A stretch of 59,754 nucleotides of DNA from Octopus sinensis (lineage: Eukaryota): NCBI RefSeq assembly GCF_006345805.1, contig NW_021833612.1, forward strand, positions 1-59,754, written 5' to 3'. Every line of letters begins with the position of its first letter. Within the stretch, counting starts at the first letter, position 1. The translations under genes and the position numbers were made by a program. The notes under the pieces were generated by a model that worked only from the letters and a program-made list of their open reading frames with translations, was not told the origin of the DNA and searched no databases. Below, one piece after another: positions 37,355 to 51,584 of this stretch.

Positions 37355-39150
37355 GACAGGCTTCTTTCAGTTTCCATCTATCAAATCCACTCACAAAACT
37401 TTGGTTGGCCTGAGGCTATACTGGAAGACACTTGCCCAAGATGTCACACAGTAGGATTGAACCTGGAACCATGTGGTTGGGAAGCAAATTCCTTGTCACA
37501 CAGACATTATTAGGTTTGTTTGGAAAACATTGTACAAATATGATTCCACAGACAACAATATTTGTAACTCAGATAGGCAAAAAGAAGAAAAAATAACAAA
37601 ATCAAACAGGCGCCGGAGTGGCTGTGTGGTAAGTAGCTTGTCTACCAACCACATGGTTCCGGGTTCAGTCCCACTGCGTGGCACCTTGGGCAAGTGTCTT
37701 CTACTATAGCCTCGAGCCGACCCATACCTTGTGAGTGGATTTGGTAGATGGAAACTGAAAGAAGCCCGTTGTATATGTGTATATATATGTATGCGTGTGT
37801 GTGTTTGTGTGTCTGTGTTTGTCCCCCTAGCATTGCTTGACAACCGATGCTGGTTTATTCATGTTCCCGTTACTTAGCGGTTCGGCAAAAGAGACCGATA
37901 GAATAAGTACTGGGCTTACAAAAGAATAAGTCCTGGGGTCGAGTTGCTCGATTAAAGGCAGTGCTCCAGCATGGCCACAGTCAAATGACTGAAACAAGTA
38001 AAAGAGTAAAAGAGTAAAGAGAGTCTACGATTCATATTTGTAGTTATAAGAATTAGCTGTCTTTTGGCTGCTATTTCTAAATTTTCAGTATGTGGTGAAA
38101 CAACTTGTTGCTAAAGCCTTAATTATATTTATAATTATATAAAAAACTTCTTGTACAAGTTTTTACCAATAATGGTTTTTTTTCCATACCGAAACTGCTT
38201 GGTAAAACTTATTGATTATTAAATTAATAATTCTTTACCCTGTATCTGTAATGTGTGTGTATATATATATATTACTCTTTTACTCTTTTACTTGTTTCAG
38301 TCATTTGACTGCGGCCATGCTGTTGCACTGCCTTTAGTCGAGCAATTTGACCCCGGGACTTATTCTTTGTAAGCCCAGTACTTATTCTATCGGTCTCTTT
38401 TGCCGAACCTCTAAGTGACGGGGACATAAACACACCAGCATCGGTTGTCAAGCGATGTTGGGTGGACAAACACATTAACACAAACACACACACGCATATA
38501 TATATACATATATACGATGGGCTTCTTTCAGTTTCCATCTACCAAATCTACTCACAAGGCTTTGATCGGCTCGAGGCTATAGTAGAAGACACTTGCCTTG
38601 GGTGCCACGCAGTGGGACTGAACCCGGAACCATGTGGTTGGCAAGCAAGCTACTTACCACACAGCCACTCCTGTATATATATGTATATATATATATATAA
38701 AAGAAGAAAAGAAAATGGAGATTACGAAGTTAATAATTGTTCATTGTTAACAGCAAATTCAATTGCATTTAGTGAAGATGACCAATTTGCTGTTAATAAA
38801 CACACCATTTTCTTTTCTTCTTTTAAATGAATATAAACTAAATGCTTCATATATACAGCTATTGTTTTAAGAGAATTTCATTCCCTAACAATACTAGCTA
38901 CTGGGTCAGTACTTCCTTCGATGAAACTATTCCTTCATGAGGCTTACACATCCTCTAATTAAATTTAATAATTATATATATATATATAGACGTAGGAGTG
39001 GCTGTGTGGTAAGTAGCTTGCTTACCAACCACATGGTTCCGGGTTCAGTCCCACTGCGTGACACCTTGGGCAAGTGTCTTCTACTATAGCCTCGGGCCGA
39101 CCAAAGCCTTGTGAGTGGATTTGGTAGATGGAAACTGAAAGAAGCCGGTC

Positions 39151-39198
<48 letters not shown>

Positions 39199-39599
39199 AA
39201 GTGTTTGTGTGTCTGTGTTTGTCCCCCCAACTTCGCTTGACAACCGATGCTGGTGTGTTTACGTCCCCATAACTTAGCGATTCGGCAAAAGAGACCGATA
39301 GAATAAGTACTGGGCTTACAAAGAATAAGTCCCGATGTCGATTTGCTCAACTAAAGGCGGTACTTCAGTATGGCCACAGTCAAATGACTGAAACAAGTAA
39401 AAGAGTAAAAGAGTATATATATAGGTGCAGGAGTGGCTGTGTGGTAAGTAGCTTGCTTCCCAACCACATGGTTCCAGGTTCAGTCCCACTGCGTGGCACC
39501 TTGGGCAAGTGTCTTCTACTATAGCTTTGGGCCGACCAAAGCCTTGTGAGTGGATTTGGTAGACGGAAACTGAAAGAAGCTCGTCATATACATATATGT

Positions 39600-39641
<42 letters not shown>

Positions 39642-40319
39642 ATGTGTGTGTATAAGTTTGTGTGTCTGTATTTGTCCCCCCCAACTTCACTTGACAACCG
39701 ATGCTGGTGTGTTTACGTCCACATAACTTAGCGTTTTGGCAGAAGAGACTGATAGAGTAAGTACTGGACTTGCAAAGAATAAGTCCTGGGGTCGATTTGC
39801 TCGACTAAAAGCAGTGCTCCAGCATGGCCACAGTCAAATGACTGAAACAAGTAAAAGAGTAAAAGAGATATACACACACATACACACAGAAATAGCCAAA
39901 ATTGTCAGGTCAGTCTAAGGAATTCTTGCTTCAGTTTCCCAGATGATTGCAGCCCTTTTCATTGGAGCTTTTTAGCTCCTATGTCTAGCAATGTAGGTAT
40001 TATTCACAGCCTTAGTCAGGTTTAGCTGACGACCATGATTTACCTTTACTATATATTCTTTTATTCTTTTATTATTTTACTTGCTTCAGTCCTTGTACTA
40101 CTCTCTCTCTCTCTCTCTCTTTCTCTTTTACTTTTTTCAGTCATTTGACTGCAGCCAGGCTGGAGCACCACCTTTAGTCTAGCAAATCAACCCTAGGACT
40201 CATTCTTTGTAAGCATGGTACTTATTCTATTGGTCTCTTATGCCGAACCGCTAAGTTACAGGGACGTAAACACACCAGCATCGGTTGTCAAGCAATGTTG
40301 GGGGGACAAACACCTGACA

Positions 40320-42146
40320 CAAAGCATCAAGTGCTGAAAATGAACTTTCTTATCTTCCATTTTAAAGGGTTACAGAATTCACACAGGTTATAGGAACATA
40401 AACCTTCTTCCCCGAAAAGATAGCTTAAACTGTACTCTAAATGGAGGTGTAGTCAAATCCTATTTATTGGATCTCAACCATGTTCTAAAATAAGTTGAAA
40501 GGTAAGCTACTATAAATCAGCCAAGCTGCAGCAATTTTTGTCTGGTTCCCAAAGCATCAAGTGCCGAAAATGAACTTTCTTATCTTCCATTTTAAAGGGT
40601 TACAGAATTCACACAGTTATAGGAACATAACCTTCTTCCCCGAAAAGATAGCTTAACTGTACTCTAAATGGAGGTGTAGTCAAATCTATTTTATGGACTC
40701 AACCATGTTCTAAAATAAGTTGAAAGGTAAGCTCTATAAACAGCCGAGCTGCAGCAATTTTTGTCTGGTTCCCAAAGCATCAAGTGCCGAAAATGAACTT
40801 CTTATCTTCCATTTTAAAGGGTTACAGAATTCACACAGGTTATAGGAACAAACCTTCTTCCCCGAAAAGATAGCTTAAAAGTACTCTAAATGGAGTGTAA
40901 GTCAAATCCTATTTTATGGACTCAACATGTTCTAAATAAAATAAGTTGAAAGGTAAGCTACTATAAATCAGCCGAGCTGCAGCAATTTTTGTCTGGTTCC
41001 CAAAGCATCAAGTGCCGAAAATGAACTTTCTTATCTTCCATTTTAAAGGGTTACAGAATTCACACAGGTTATAGGAACATAAACCTTCTTCCCCGAAAAG
41101 ATAGCTTAAACTGTACTCTAAATGGAGGTGTAGTCAAATCCTATTTTATGGACTCAACCATGTTCTAAAATAAGTTGAAAGGTAAGCTACTATAAATCAG
41201 CCGAGCTGCAGCAATTTTTGTCTGGTTCCCAAAGCATCAAGTGCCGAAAATGAACTTTCTTATCTTCCATTTTAAAGGGTTACAGAATTCACACAGGTTA
41301 TAGGAACATAACCCTCTTCCCAAAAATCCCCAAAAGATAGCTTAAACTGTACTCTAAATGGAGGTGTAGTCAAATCCTATTTTATGGACTCAACCATGTT
41401 CTAAAATAAGTTGAAAGGTAAGCTACTATAAATCAGCCGAGCTGCAGCAATTTTTGTCTGGTTCCCAAAGCATCAAGTGCCGAAAATGAACTTTCTTATC
41501 TTCCATTTTAAAGGGTTACAGAATTCACACAGGTTATAGGAACATAAACCTTCTTCCCCGAAAAGATAGCTTAAACTGTACTCTAAATGGAGGTGTAGTC
41601 AAATCCTATTTTATGGACTCAACCATGTTCTAAAATAAGTTGAAAGGTAAGCTACTATAAATCAGCCGAGCTGCAGCAATTTTTGTCTGGTTCCCAAAGC
41701 ATCAAGTGCCGAAAATGAACTTTCTTATCTTCCATTTTAAAGGGTTACAGAATTCACACAGGTTATAGGAACATAAACCTTCTTCCCCGAAAAGATAGCT
41801 TAAACTGTACTCTAAATGGAGGTGTAGTCAAATCCTATTTTATGGACTCAACCATGTTCTAAAATAAGTTGAAAGGTAAGCTACTATAAATCAGCCGAGC
41901 TGCAGCAATTTTTGTCTGGTTCCCAAAGCATCAAGTGCCGAAAATGAACTTTCTTATCTTCCATTTTAAAGGGTTACAGAATTCACACAGGTTATAGGAA
42001 CATAAACCTTCTTCCCCGAAAAGATAGCTTAAACTGTACTCTAAATGGAGGTGTAGTCAAATCCTATTTTATGGACTCAACCATGTTCTAAAATAAGTGA
42101 AAGTTAAGCTACTATAAATCAGCATGTACTTTCTGGACAACCCAAT
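40320..42146 (-). repeat. Mariner-derived tandem array: 8 units of ~229 bp ending in a mariner TIR
   Basis: Unit starts (caaagcatc) at 40320, 40550, 40773, 41001, 41230, 41466, 41695 and 41924; the unit is the reverse complement of ~36445-36662. Confidence 0.93.
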
Positions 42147-42984
42147 AGATCTGGGGGTGGTCACAATCCATTATTCAGTCGACCCCCCAACTCCATGCTA
42201 AGGGAATGACTGCATGATCATGACCTACAGAGTGGGGAGGGGGAGCTTTATACTCAATAATCTTCTACTCTAAGCACAAGGCCTGAAATTTTGTGGGAGA
42301 GGTAAGTCGATTACATCGACCCCAGTGCGTAACTGGTACTTAATTTATCGACCCCGAAAGGATGAAAGGTAAAGTCGACCTTGACGGAATTTGAACTCAG
42401 AACGTAACGGCAGACGAAATACCTATTTCTTTACTATCCACAAGGGGCTAAACACAGAGGGGACAAACAAGGACAGACATAGGTATTAAGTCGATTACAT
42501 CGACCCCAGTGCGTAACTGGTACTTAATTTATCGACCCTGAAAGGATGAAAGTCAAATTTGATGTCGGTGGAATTTGGACTCAGAATGTAGCAAAAGGTG
42601 AAATACTATTAAGTGTTTTGTCCAGTATGCTAACATAATAATAATGCTGAGCCCTCCTTCGGTCATGACTGACCATGGGATTGCACCTAGAAGGTAACCC
42701 TCCCAGGCACAAGTCCGGGCAAGGTTGTTTATGGAAGACCAGCAGTCGCCCATGCATACAGGCCTCCCCTCTCCACACCACTGATGTTATCCAAGGGAAA
42801 GACAAAGGGACCGATACAGCTTGGCACCAGTGATGTCGCAACTCATTTCTACAGCAGAGCGAACTTGAGCAACATGAAATAAAGTGTCTTCTCCAAGAAC
42901 ACAACATGCAGCCTGGTCCGGGATTCGAACTGACATCCTCACGATCGTAAGCCCGACGCTCTAACCACTGAGCCATGTGCCTTC

Positions 42985-42986
<2 letters not shown>

Positions 42987-43041
<55 letters not shown>

Positions 43042-43058
43042 TAATAATAATAATAATG

Positions 43059-43119
<61 letters not shown>

Positions 43120-43141
43120 TAATAATAATAATGAAATAATA

Positions 43142-43173
<32 letters not shown>

Positions 43174-43194
43174 TAATATGATAATATAATAATA

Positions 43195-43259
<65 letters not shown>

Positions 43260-43302
43260 TAATAATAATAATAATATAATAATGATAATAATAATAATGA
43301 TA

Positions 43303-43340
<38 letters not shown>

Positions 43341-43364
43341 TATATAATGATAATAATAATACTG

Positions 43365-43425
<61 letters not shown>

Positions 43426-43580
43426 TAATAATAATAATAATGATAATAATAATAATAATAATAATAATATAATAATAATAATAAAATAATAATAATAATA
43501 TAATAAAATAAAATAATAATAAAATAATAATAATATAATACTGATAATAATAATAATAATAATACAATAATAATAATAAT

Positions 43581-43619
<39 letters not shown>

Positions 43620-43626
43620 TAATAAT
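42987..43626. repeat. (AAT)n microsatellite, ~640 bp
   Basis: Direct reading. Confidence 0.95.
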
Positions 43627-44223
43627 ACCACAGATTTGCTTGTCAGTTGTTTGACCTTAACCAGTGAGCATCCCTTAGTGGCTGACGATATGTGCATCTC
43701 TGATCATGAGTAGAAGTAGTGGGGGAGCATCATAGCCATGTGTTGAGAGGGATTCTTTGGGGTTTGGATAATCCACTTTTGGAAACATGGTTGTTTTGTT
43801 CATCATCCTTAAACAACCCTTATTCAGGGACCTTTTGAGCGGGATGGATTACTCGAGCAGAAGAAAATTCTAACTGGGCCCCACCTGCAAGGTCATGTGC
43901 TGTTTATCTTGATATGAGATCACCATGTCGCGCACATATGGTTGTGATGCATGTGCCTGGTGTACCCTTATCAGACGGGTAGTCATGATGGGTATGCTGG
44001 GCTTCGTATATTTTACCCCAGTGTCACTTTGATGGCATGCACTGCTCTCTCACTCAATAATAATAATAATTATAATAATAATAATAATGATAATAAAAGA
44101 CATGATCACTGCTGTCTCATCACTCCACAATTGCTGCCATGTGTCACTACATTACAACAAACGGAGATGATGGTGGTAATGACAATAACCAGCATCATCA
44201 AAATACTTTTACTACTGCTGCTG

Positions 44224-44263
<40 letters not shown>

Positions 44264-44699
44264 ATATTAGCCACTCCCAACCACTACCACCATCTACTCT
44301 CCCCATCACTATCTCTGTCCACTACTACCACCACTAAAACTAACACTGACCACCACTGCCAGCATCACCACCACCATCACTGCCACCACCATCATCATCA
44401 CCACTACCACCACAGCTGCCACCTCCAACATTCTCCATACACCACTACCACCACCACCACCACCTATATCACCACTGCTTCTAACAATCTTGCCTCACTA
44501 ATGTATATCTCAATGCCCAAGCACGTGCCTGCACGGCCATTTGGGTGTGTGTGTGTGTGTGCGCGCGAACGCGCACGCGTGTGTGTGTGTGTGTGCGCGT
44601 GTGTGTGTCTGTCTGTGTGTGTGTGTGTGTGCAGGTGAAAGTCAACATTTAAAAGTATGTGTGTTTGCTTGTTTGTTGTGTTTATGCAGTGAACATGCA

Positions 44700-44866
44700 T
44701 ATATGTATATGAGTATGTATATATACAACAGATACATCTATATATATGTATATAATATATATATATATTATATTACACACAAACAGATACATATATATGT
44801 AATATTATATATATATAGATTATATATATATAATATAATTTATATATATATATATATATATATATA

Positions 44867-44924
<58 letters not shown>

Positions 44925-45000
44925 ATGTATATATATATATAATATATATATATATTATATATATATATATATGTATATATATATAATATATATATATAGA

Positions 45001-45070
<70 letters not shown>

Positions 45071-45115
45071 TATATATATATATGTATATATAATAATATA
45101 TATATATATATATAC
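44700..45115. repeat. (TA)n microsatellite; similar long tracts at ~28465-28745 and ~56345-56510
   Basis: Direct reading. Confidence 0.95.
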
Positions 45116-46229
45116 GTGTCAGTTTGTGCACACTTTTCACACATGTGCTGCATGCCTATTTCATGGATGAACATGCATGCATGTGATTATGTATATATAT
45201 ATATGTGTGTGTGTGTGTGCATGAAAGCTCAGTGTCCCTCATTATCATTTCTAAATCATTAGTCATTAGTCCCCATCACACATGGACACATTACAAACAA
45301 AACAAAATGCCTTGTTCAACACCGTGTCAACCCCCGCCACTTAACCACTGTATCCTGCTCTGGTGCTTCCAAACATTACCTTAGCTGCCTCAAACACCAT
45401 CTAAAGCCACCTTATTCTGCCTTTTACTGCCTTAACATCACCATGTGGTAAGTAGCTTGCTTATGAACCACATGGTTCTGGGTTCAGTCCCACCGCGTGA
45501 CACCTTGGGTAAGTGTCTTCTACTATAGCTGCAGGTCATCCAAAGCCTTGTGAGTGGATTTGGTAGACAGAAACTGAAAGAAGCCCATCGTATATATATA
45601 TATATATATATACACATATATATATATATATATATATATATCACACATTTTTTTCTCTCCTTATTTTTTATGTGTCCCTTTCTGTAGAAGAGCGTAGGCT
45701 CGAAACGTAAAAGACTTTTTCTATTCCTGAGTGTTATACTAATACATCTGTTTGCTTTGTACACCAACTGTCTTCATCGTCTGTTTTTTTCGTAAACTCT
45801 CCCTACATATATATATACATTAAATACCCAGAAGCCAAAACCTGGTCTGTGGATATCCCTAATTGCATAATATTTTTATTTGTGCAGTTAAATGTTTTAA
45901 TCCTGTCTGCTTTCCTTGCATACTCTTTTTCTCTGTTATCTTGGTGCGGTACGGTGGATAAATTTAAGACTTTAGCTCTTATTTCTAGCTTGTTAAGCAT
46001 CCTTATGCTTTGTATAAATTTATGATTCATATCTATTTAATGCTATTGCGCCTGCGATCCACTTATGTCACTGATGGTGATATCAGCAAATTTAAAATTT
46101 ATCCACAGATGATATGAATAGTAGTGACATCTGATTTCAAATCTCAGTGTTTGAATGTTTTGCTTATATAAATATATATATATTATATAAGAAAAGAAAC
46201 CCTTATTAAGAGATTATCCTTAATTGTTA

Positions 46230-46269
<40 letters not shown>

Positions 46270-46954
46270 CTTTATTACCCACAAGGGGCTAAACACAGAG
46301 GGGACAACAGGGACAGACAAAGGGATTAAGTCGATTACATCGAATCCAGTGCATAAATGGTACTTAATTTATCGACCCAAAAGGATGAAAGGCAAAGTCG
46401 ACCTTGGCAGAATTTGAACTCAGAACGTATCGAGAGACGACATATGGCTACGCATTTCGCCCGGTGTGCTAATGTTTCTGCCAGCTCGCCTTATATATAT
46501 GTGTGTGTGTGTGTGTGTGTTTGTGAGTCAGCGCTTGTCCCCCCCAACATCACTTGGCAACCGATTCTGATGTGTTTATGTCCCCGTAACATAGCAGTCT
46601 GGCAAAAGAGACCGATAGAATATGTACTAGGCTTACAAAGAATAAGTCCTGGGGTCGATTTGCTCGACTAAAGGCGGTGCTCCAGCATGGCCACAGTCAA
46701 ATGACTGAAACAAGTAAAAGAGTAAAGAGAGAGTATAATAAAGCCGTACCTCAATTTAACATTGCATTATGTCATGCGTAATGCTGTGCAATGTCTTACG
46801 TAACCTCATGAACAGAGAATTATTCTGACAATGTATAACACCCTTTGATATAACTGGTACTCCACTGGTTATGTTGATTAGGGTTCAAGTTTATCCAGTC
46901 AACCGAAGAGCCTGCTCATGAAAATAAACATGCTAGTGGCTGAGTACTCCACAG

Positions 46955-47550
46955 ATGTGCATACCTATTTATTTACTACCCACAAGGGGTTAAACACAGA
47001 GTGGACAAACAAGGACAGACAAACGGATTAAGTTGATTATATCGATACCGGTCAGTAACTGGTACTTATTTAATCGACCCCGAAAGGATGAAAGGCAAAG
47101 TCGACCTCGGCAGAATTTGAACTCAGAACGTAACGACGGACGAAATACCTATTTCTGTACTACCCACAAGGGGATAAATACAGAGGGGACAAACAAGGAC
47201 AGACAAACGGATTAAGTCGATTACATTGACCCCAGTTCGTAACTGGTACTTATTTAATCAACCCTGAAAGGATGAAAGGCAAAGCCCACCTCGGCGGAAT
47301 TTGAACTCAGAATGTAGTGACAGACGAAATACCTATTTCTTTACTACCCACAAGGGGATAAACACAGAAGGGACAAACAAGGACAGACAAACGGATTAAG
47401 TCGATTACATTGACCCCAGTTCGTAACTGGTACTTATTTAATCGACCCCGAAAGGATGAAAGGCAAAGTCGACCTCAGCGGAATTTGAACTCAGAACGTA
47501 GCAGCGGACGAAATACAGCTACGCATTTCGCCCAGCATGCTAACGTTTCT
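46955..47550 (-). mobile_element. SINE family B with ~3 tandem ~184-bp units
   Basis: acccacaaggg at ~46977, ~47162 and ~47346; head at ~47545. Confidence 0.85.
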
Positions 47551-48351
47551 GCCAGCGTGCCGCCTTAACAGATGTGCATACTGTTAACATAGTTCTCAGG
47601 GAGATTCAGTATGGCACAGAATGTAACAAAGCTGGACCTATGAATTACAGGTACAACTCATTTTTGCAAGATGAGTGGACTGGGGCAACGTGGAATAAAG
47701 AGACTTGCTCAAGGACACAACACACCACCAAGAATCAAACTCACAACCTAACGATCGACTTAATCCATTTGTCTGTCCTTGTTTGTCCTCTCTATGTTTA
47801 GCCCCTTGTGGGTAGTAAAGAAATAGGTATTTCATCTGCCACTATGTTCGGAGTTCAAATTCCGTCAAGGTCGAATTTACCTTTCATCCTTTCAGGGTCG
47901 ATAAATTAAGTACCAGTTATGCACTGGGGTCAATGTAATTGACTTAATCCGTTTGTCTGTCCTTGTTTGCCCCCTCTATGTTTAGCCCCTTGTGTGCAAT
48001 AAAGAATTAAGTAACTGAAAGAAGCCTATCGTGTACATATATATATGTATAGATATAGATACATACATACATTCATACATACATATATATTTATGTGCAC
48101 ATGTCTTTGTGTTTGCAATGGCGGTCACCCACCACCATTTGACAGTTGGAGTTGGTGTATTTACATCCCTGTCACTTAGAGTTTTCAGCAACATAGACCG
48201 ATAAATTTAGTACCAGGCTTTCAAAACGAAAGAAAAAGGACGGACGCCAATTCATTTGACTGAAATTCTTGAAAGCATGTCCAGCATGGCTGCAGTCCAA
48301 TGATTGAAACAAGTGGAAGATAGAAATATATACATAATATATATACATATT

Positions 48352-48396
<45 letters not shown>

Positions 48397-49161
48397 TAAT
48401 ATAAGAAATTGTGGGATGTTCATTGTCATCCACGGTATTCATAGGCATCAGGTAACTCATCTTTATGAATTCATTTCTTCAGGAGTATTCCCAGGAATAT
48501 GGACTGTAATTTTAAGAGACATGGGATTTGTGGAAACACATGTAGGTATGCATTAAATGTTTATGAATTCCATCGAAGGATTATTGTTATAATTACTATA
48601 TTTATACTACGTTATATTGTTACAGCTCAATGCAACCCCAAAGAACTAGTTCACCAGTCAGCCCCATTAGACTGTGGCCAGCATTATGGAATAGGAACTT
48701 TACTTGCATATTCAAAATGTTTCCCGTAAATAAATTTAAAAGATAGTAGCATTGCTTGACAACCGATGCTGGTGTGTTTATGTCCCCGTAACTTAGCGGT
48801 TCGGCAAAAGAGACCGATAGAATAAGTACTGGGCTTACAAAAAGGATAAGTCTCGGGGTCGAGTTGCTCGATTAAAGGTGGTGCTCCAGCATGGCCGCAG
48901 TCAAATGACTGAAACAAGTAAAAGAGTAAAAGAGTAATATAGGCACAATGAGATACCTTTATCTACAGGCTGAAACAACTGTAAGATCCATTTTATATGT
49001 ATTATTTTTATGGTATTATCTTACTTATTGATATATATTGTTTTATTCTGTTTTATTATGTTGGATTTGGATGTTCCTATTTAAGTAGTTAATAAAATAA
49101 TATGAATTGGTAATATCTGTAAGTTGATGATTGAAATGAATCTGTTCCTCCATTTCTTATT

Positions 49162-49193
<32 letters not shown>

Positions 49194-49222
49194 TATATAA
49201 TATATATATATATATATATATA

Positions 49223-49253
<31 letters not shown>

Positions 49254-50499
49254 CTATATATATATATATATATAATATATATATATTAATATATATAATA
49301 TATATGGAGGCACAATGGCCCAGTGGTTAGGGCAATGGACTTGCAGACGTAGGAGTCGCGGTTCAATTCAATCCCAGACCAGGCGTCGCGAATGTTTATT
49401 GAGCGAAAACATCTAAAGCTTCATGAGGCTCTGGCAGTGGGTGGTGGCGAACCCTGCTGTATTCTTTCGCCACAACTTTCTCTCACTCTTTCTTCTGTTG
49501 GCCTGCTCGCTTAGCCAGCAGGGTGGCATCATTTGAAGGCTAAAACAATGCAAAGCGCATTGTGAACAGCGATGTGTAGCAATATCTGATAGCCTCGTCG
49601 GTCATGTGATCACGTGATATATATATGTACTTTGTACTAGACAAAAGGCCTGAAGTTTTGGTGGAGGGGTTAGTTGATTGCATTGACACTGACCTTCCTC
49701 ACTAGCACATCACTACTACCAGCACTAACCATTTCTTTACTACCCACAAGGGGCTAAACACAGAGAGGACAAACAAGGACAGACATCGACCCCAGTGCGT
49801 CACTGGTACTTAATTTATCACCCCCGAAAGGATGAAAGGCAAAGTCGACCTCGTCGGAATTTGAACTCAGAACGTAAAGGGTAACGAAATACCTATTTCT
49901 TTACTGCCCACAAGGGGACACACACAGAGGGGACAAACAAGGACAGACAAACGGATTAAGTCGATTATATCGACCTCAGTGCGTAACTGGTACATAATTT
50001 ATCGCCCCCGAAATGATGAAAGGCAAAGTTGACCTCGGCAGAATTTGAACTCAGAATGTAACGGCAGACGAAATACCACTAAGCATTTCTCCCGGCTTGC
50101 TAACGATTCTACCAGCCATACCACTCTGCCACTACCACCAGCACTACTATCCACAACCACCACCCAACAATATATTGATTCCTTTAAAACCATCGTTTGC
50201 TTTAAAACCTGCATCGTCTTTTTTTACTGTTTCTTTCCATTATTGTTCTTGTTATTGTTGTTTTCTTTTTGTTGTGGTCCTCATTTATTATTTTTTTTCT
50301 TGTAATTAATTTTATAGTTTGTTGTTGTCATTGATACTGTTGTTGTTTCTGATGTTGCTGTTGTTGTTTTCAGTTCGTTATTGAAGAAGCGTAACGAAGA
50401 TTTATAACAAATATCAGCAAAAGAAAAAGCCCACCCCCACAAAAAATAAAAATCACATGCTTTGGTTTGGCTTGGCTTGGTTTGCTATGCAAAGATTAA

Positions 50500-50610
50500 G
50501 TAGGTCACATGACTACCACTGCTATTAATACAGGTCATGTGACCATGGCTATTAAGATGGATTGACGCCATAATGACGCAATGGCTATTGTACTACAATA
50601 TAAATTTTCC
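50500..50610. promoter_or_regulatory. Candidate intronic enhancer or promoter motif cluster
   Basis: GTCACATGAC (50504), GTCATGTGAC (50534), TGACGCCA (50563), TGACGCAA (50574), CTATTAATAC and TATAAAT (50599) in non-repetitive sequence. Confidence 0.3.
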
Positions 50611-51584
50611 CCCTGATTGATTTCAATGCTCACTGATAGATGCATAATCAATGTATGTAGGCATACACACATACACACACATTCTTCTATTCTTTTACTT
50701 GTTTCAGTCATTTGACTGTGGCCATGCTGGATGAAGGGTGTTGGTCGAAGAAATCGACCCCAGGACTTATTCTTTGTAAGCCTAGTACTTATTCTATTGG
50801 TCTCTTTTGCTAAATTGCTAAGTTACAAGAACGTAAACACATCAGCTTGGTGGGAGGATAGACACAAACACAAAAGACATGCACTCATTAATATGTATAT
50901 ATACATATGTATATATGTATATATACATATATATTTATGTATATGTATATATTTATGTATATGTATATATTTATGTATATGTATATATACATATATATTT
51001 CTTTATTGCCCATAGAGGGGACAAACAAGGACAGACAAATGGATTAAGTTGATTACATCGACCCCAGTGCGAAACTGGTACTTTATTTATCGACCCCCGA
51101 AAGGATGAAAGGCAAAGTCGACCTCGACGGAATTTGAACTCAGAACATAACGACAGACGAAATACTGCTAAGCATTCCGCCCGGCATGCTAATGTTTCTG
51201 CCAGCTCACAGAAACATCAGGCTTCTTTCAGTTTCCGCCTACCAAATCCACACACAAGGCTTCGGTCAGCCCAAAGCTACAATAGAAGACACTTGACCAA
51301 GGTACCATACAGTGGGACTGAACCTAGAACCATGTATTTAGGAAGCAAGTTTCTTACTACACAGTCATGCGGTATGTATGAAGTAGGGGGAGAATTCACA
51401 ATAAAACAAAAGACGAAGACAGGTGTTGTACACAACAAACAGATGTATTAGTATAATGCTTGGGAAGTGAATAAGTCTTTAACATTTCGAGCCTATGCTC
51501 TTCTACAGAAAGGAACACAGAAAGAAACAAACAGAGAAAATAAAGAATGTGTAGTGGCTAGTGATCTATCATGGTGAAAAATGT

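Noticed and set aside
40320-42146. Regularly spaced repeats that superficially suggest a CRISPR-like array
   Set aside because: No unique spacers; whole 229-bp units repeat and derive from a mariner; eukaryotic DNA.
42939-43697. Poly-Y/I/L ORFs
   Set aside because: (AAT)n translation.
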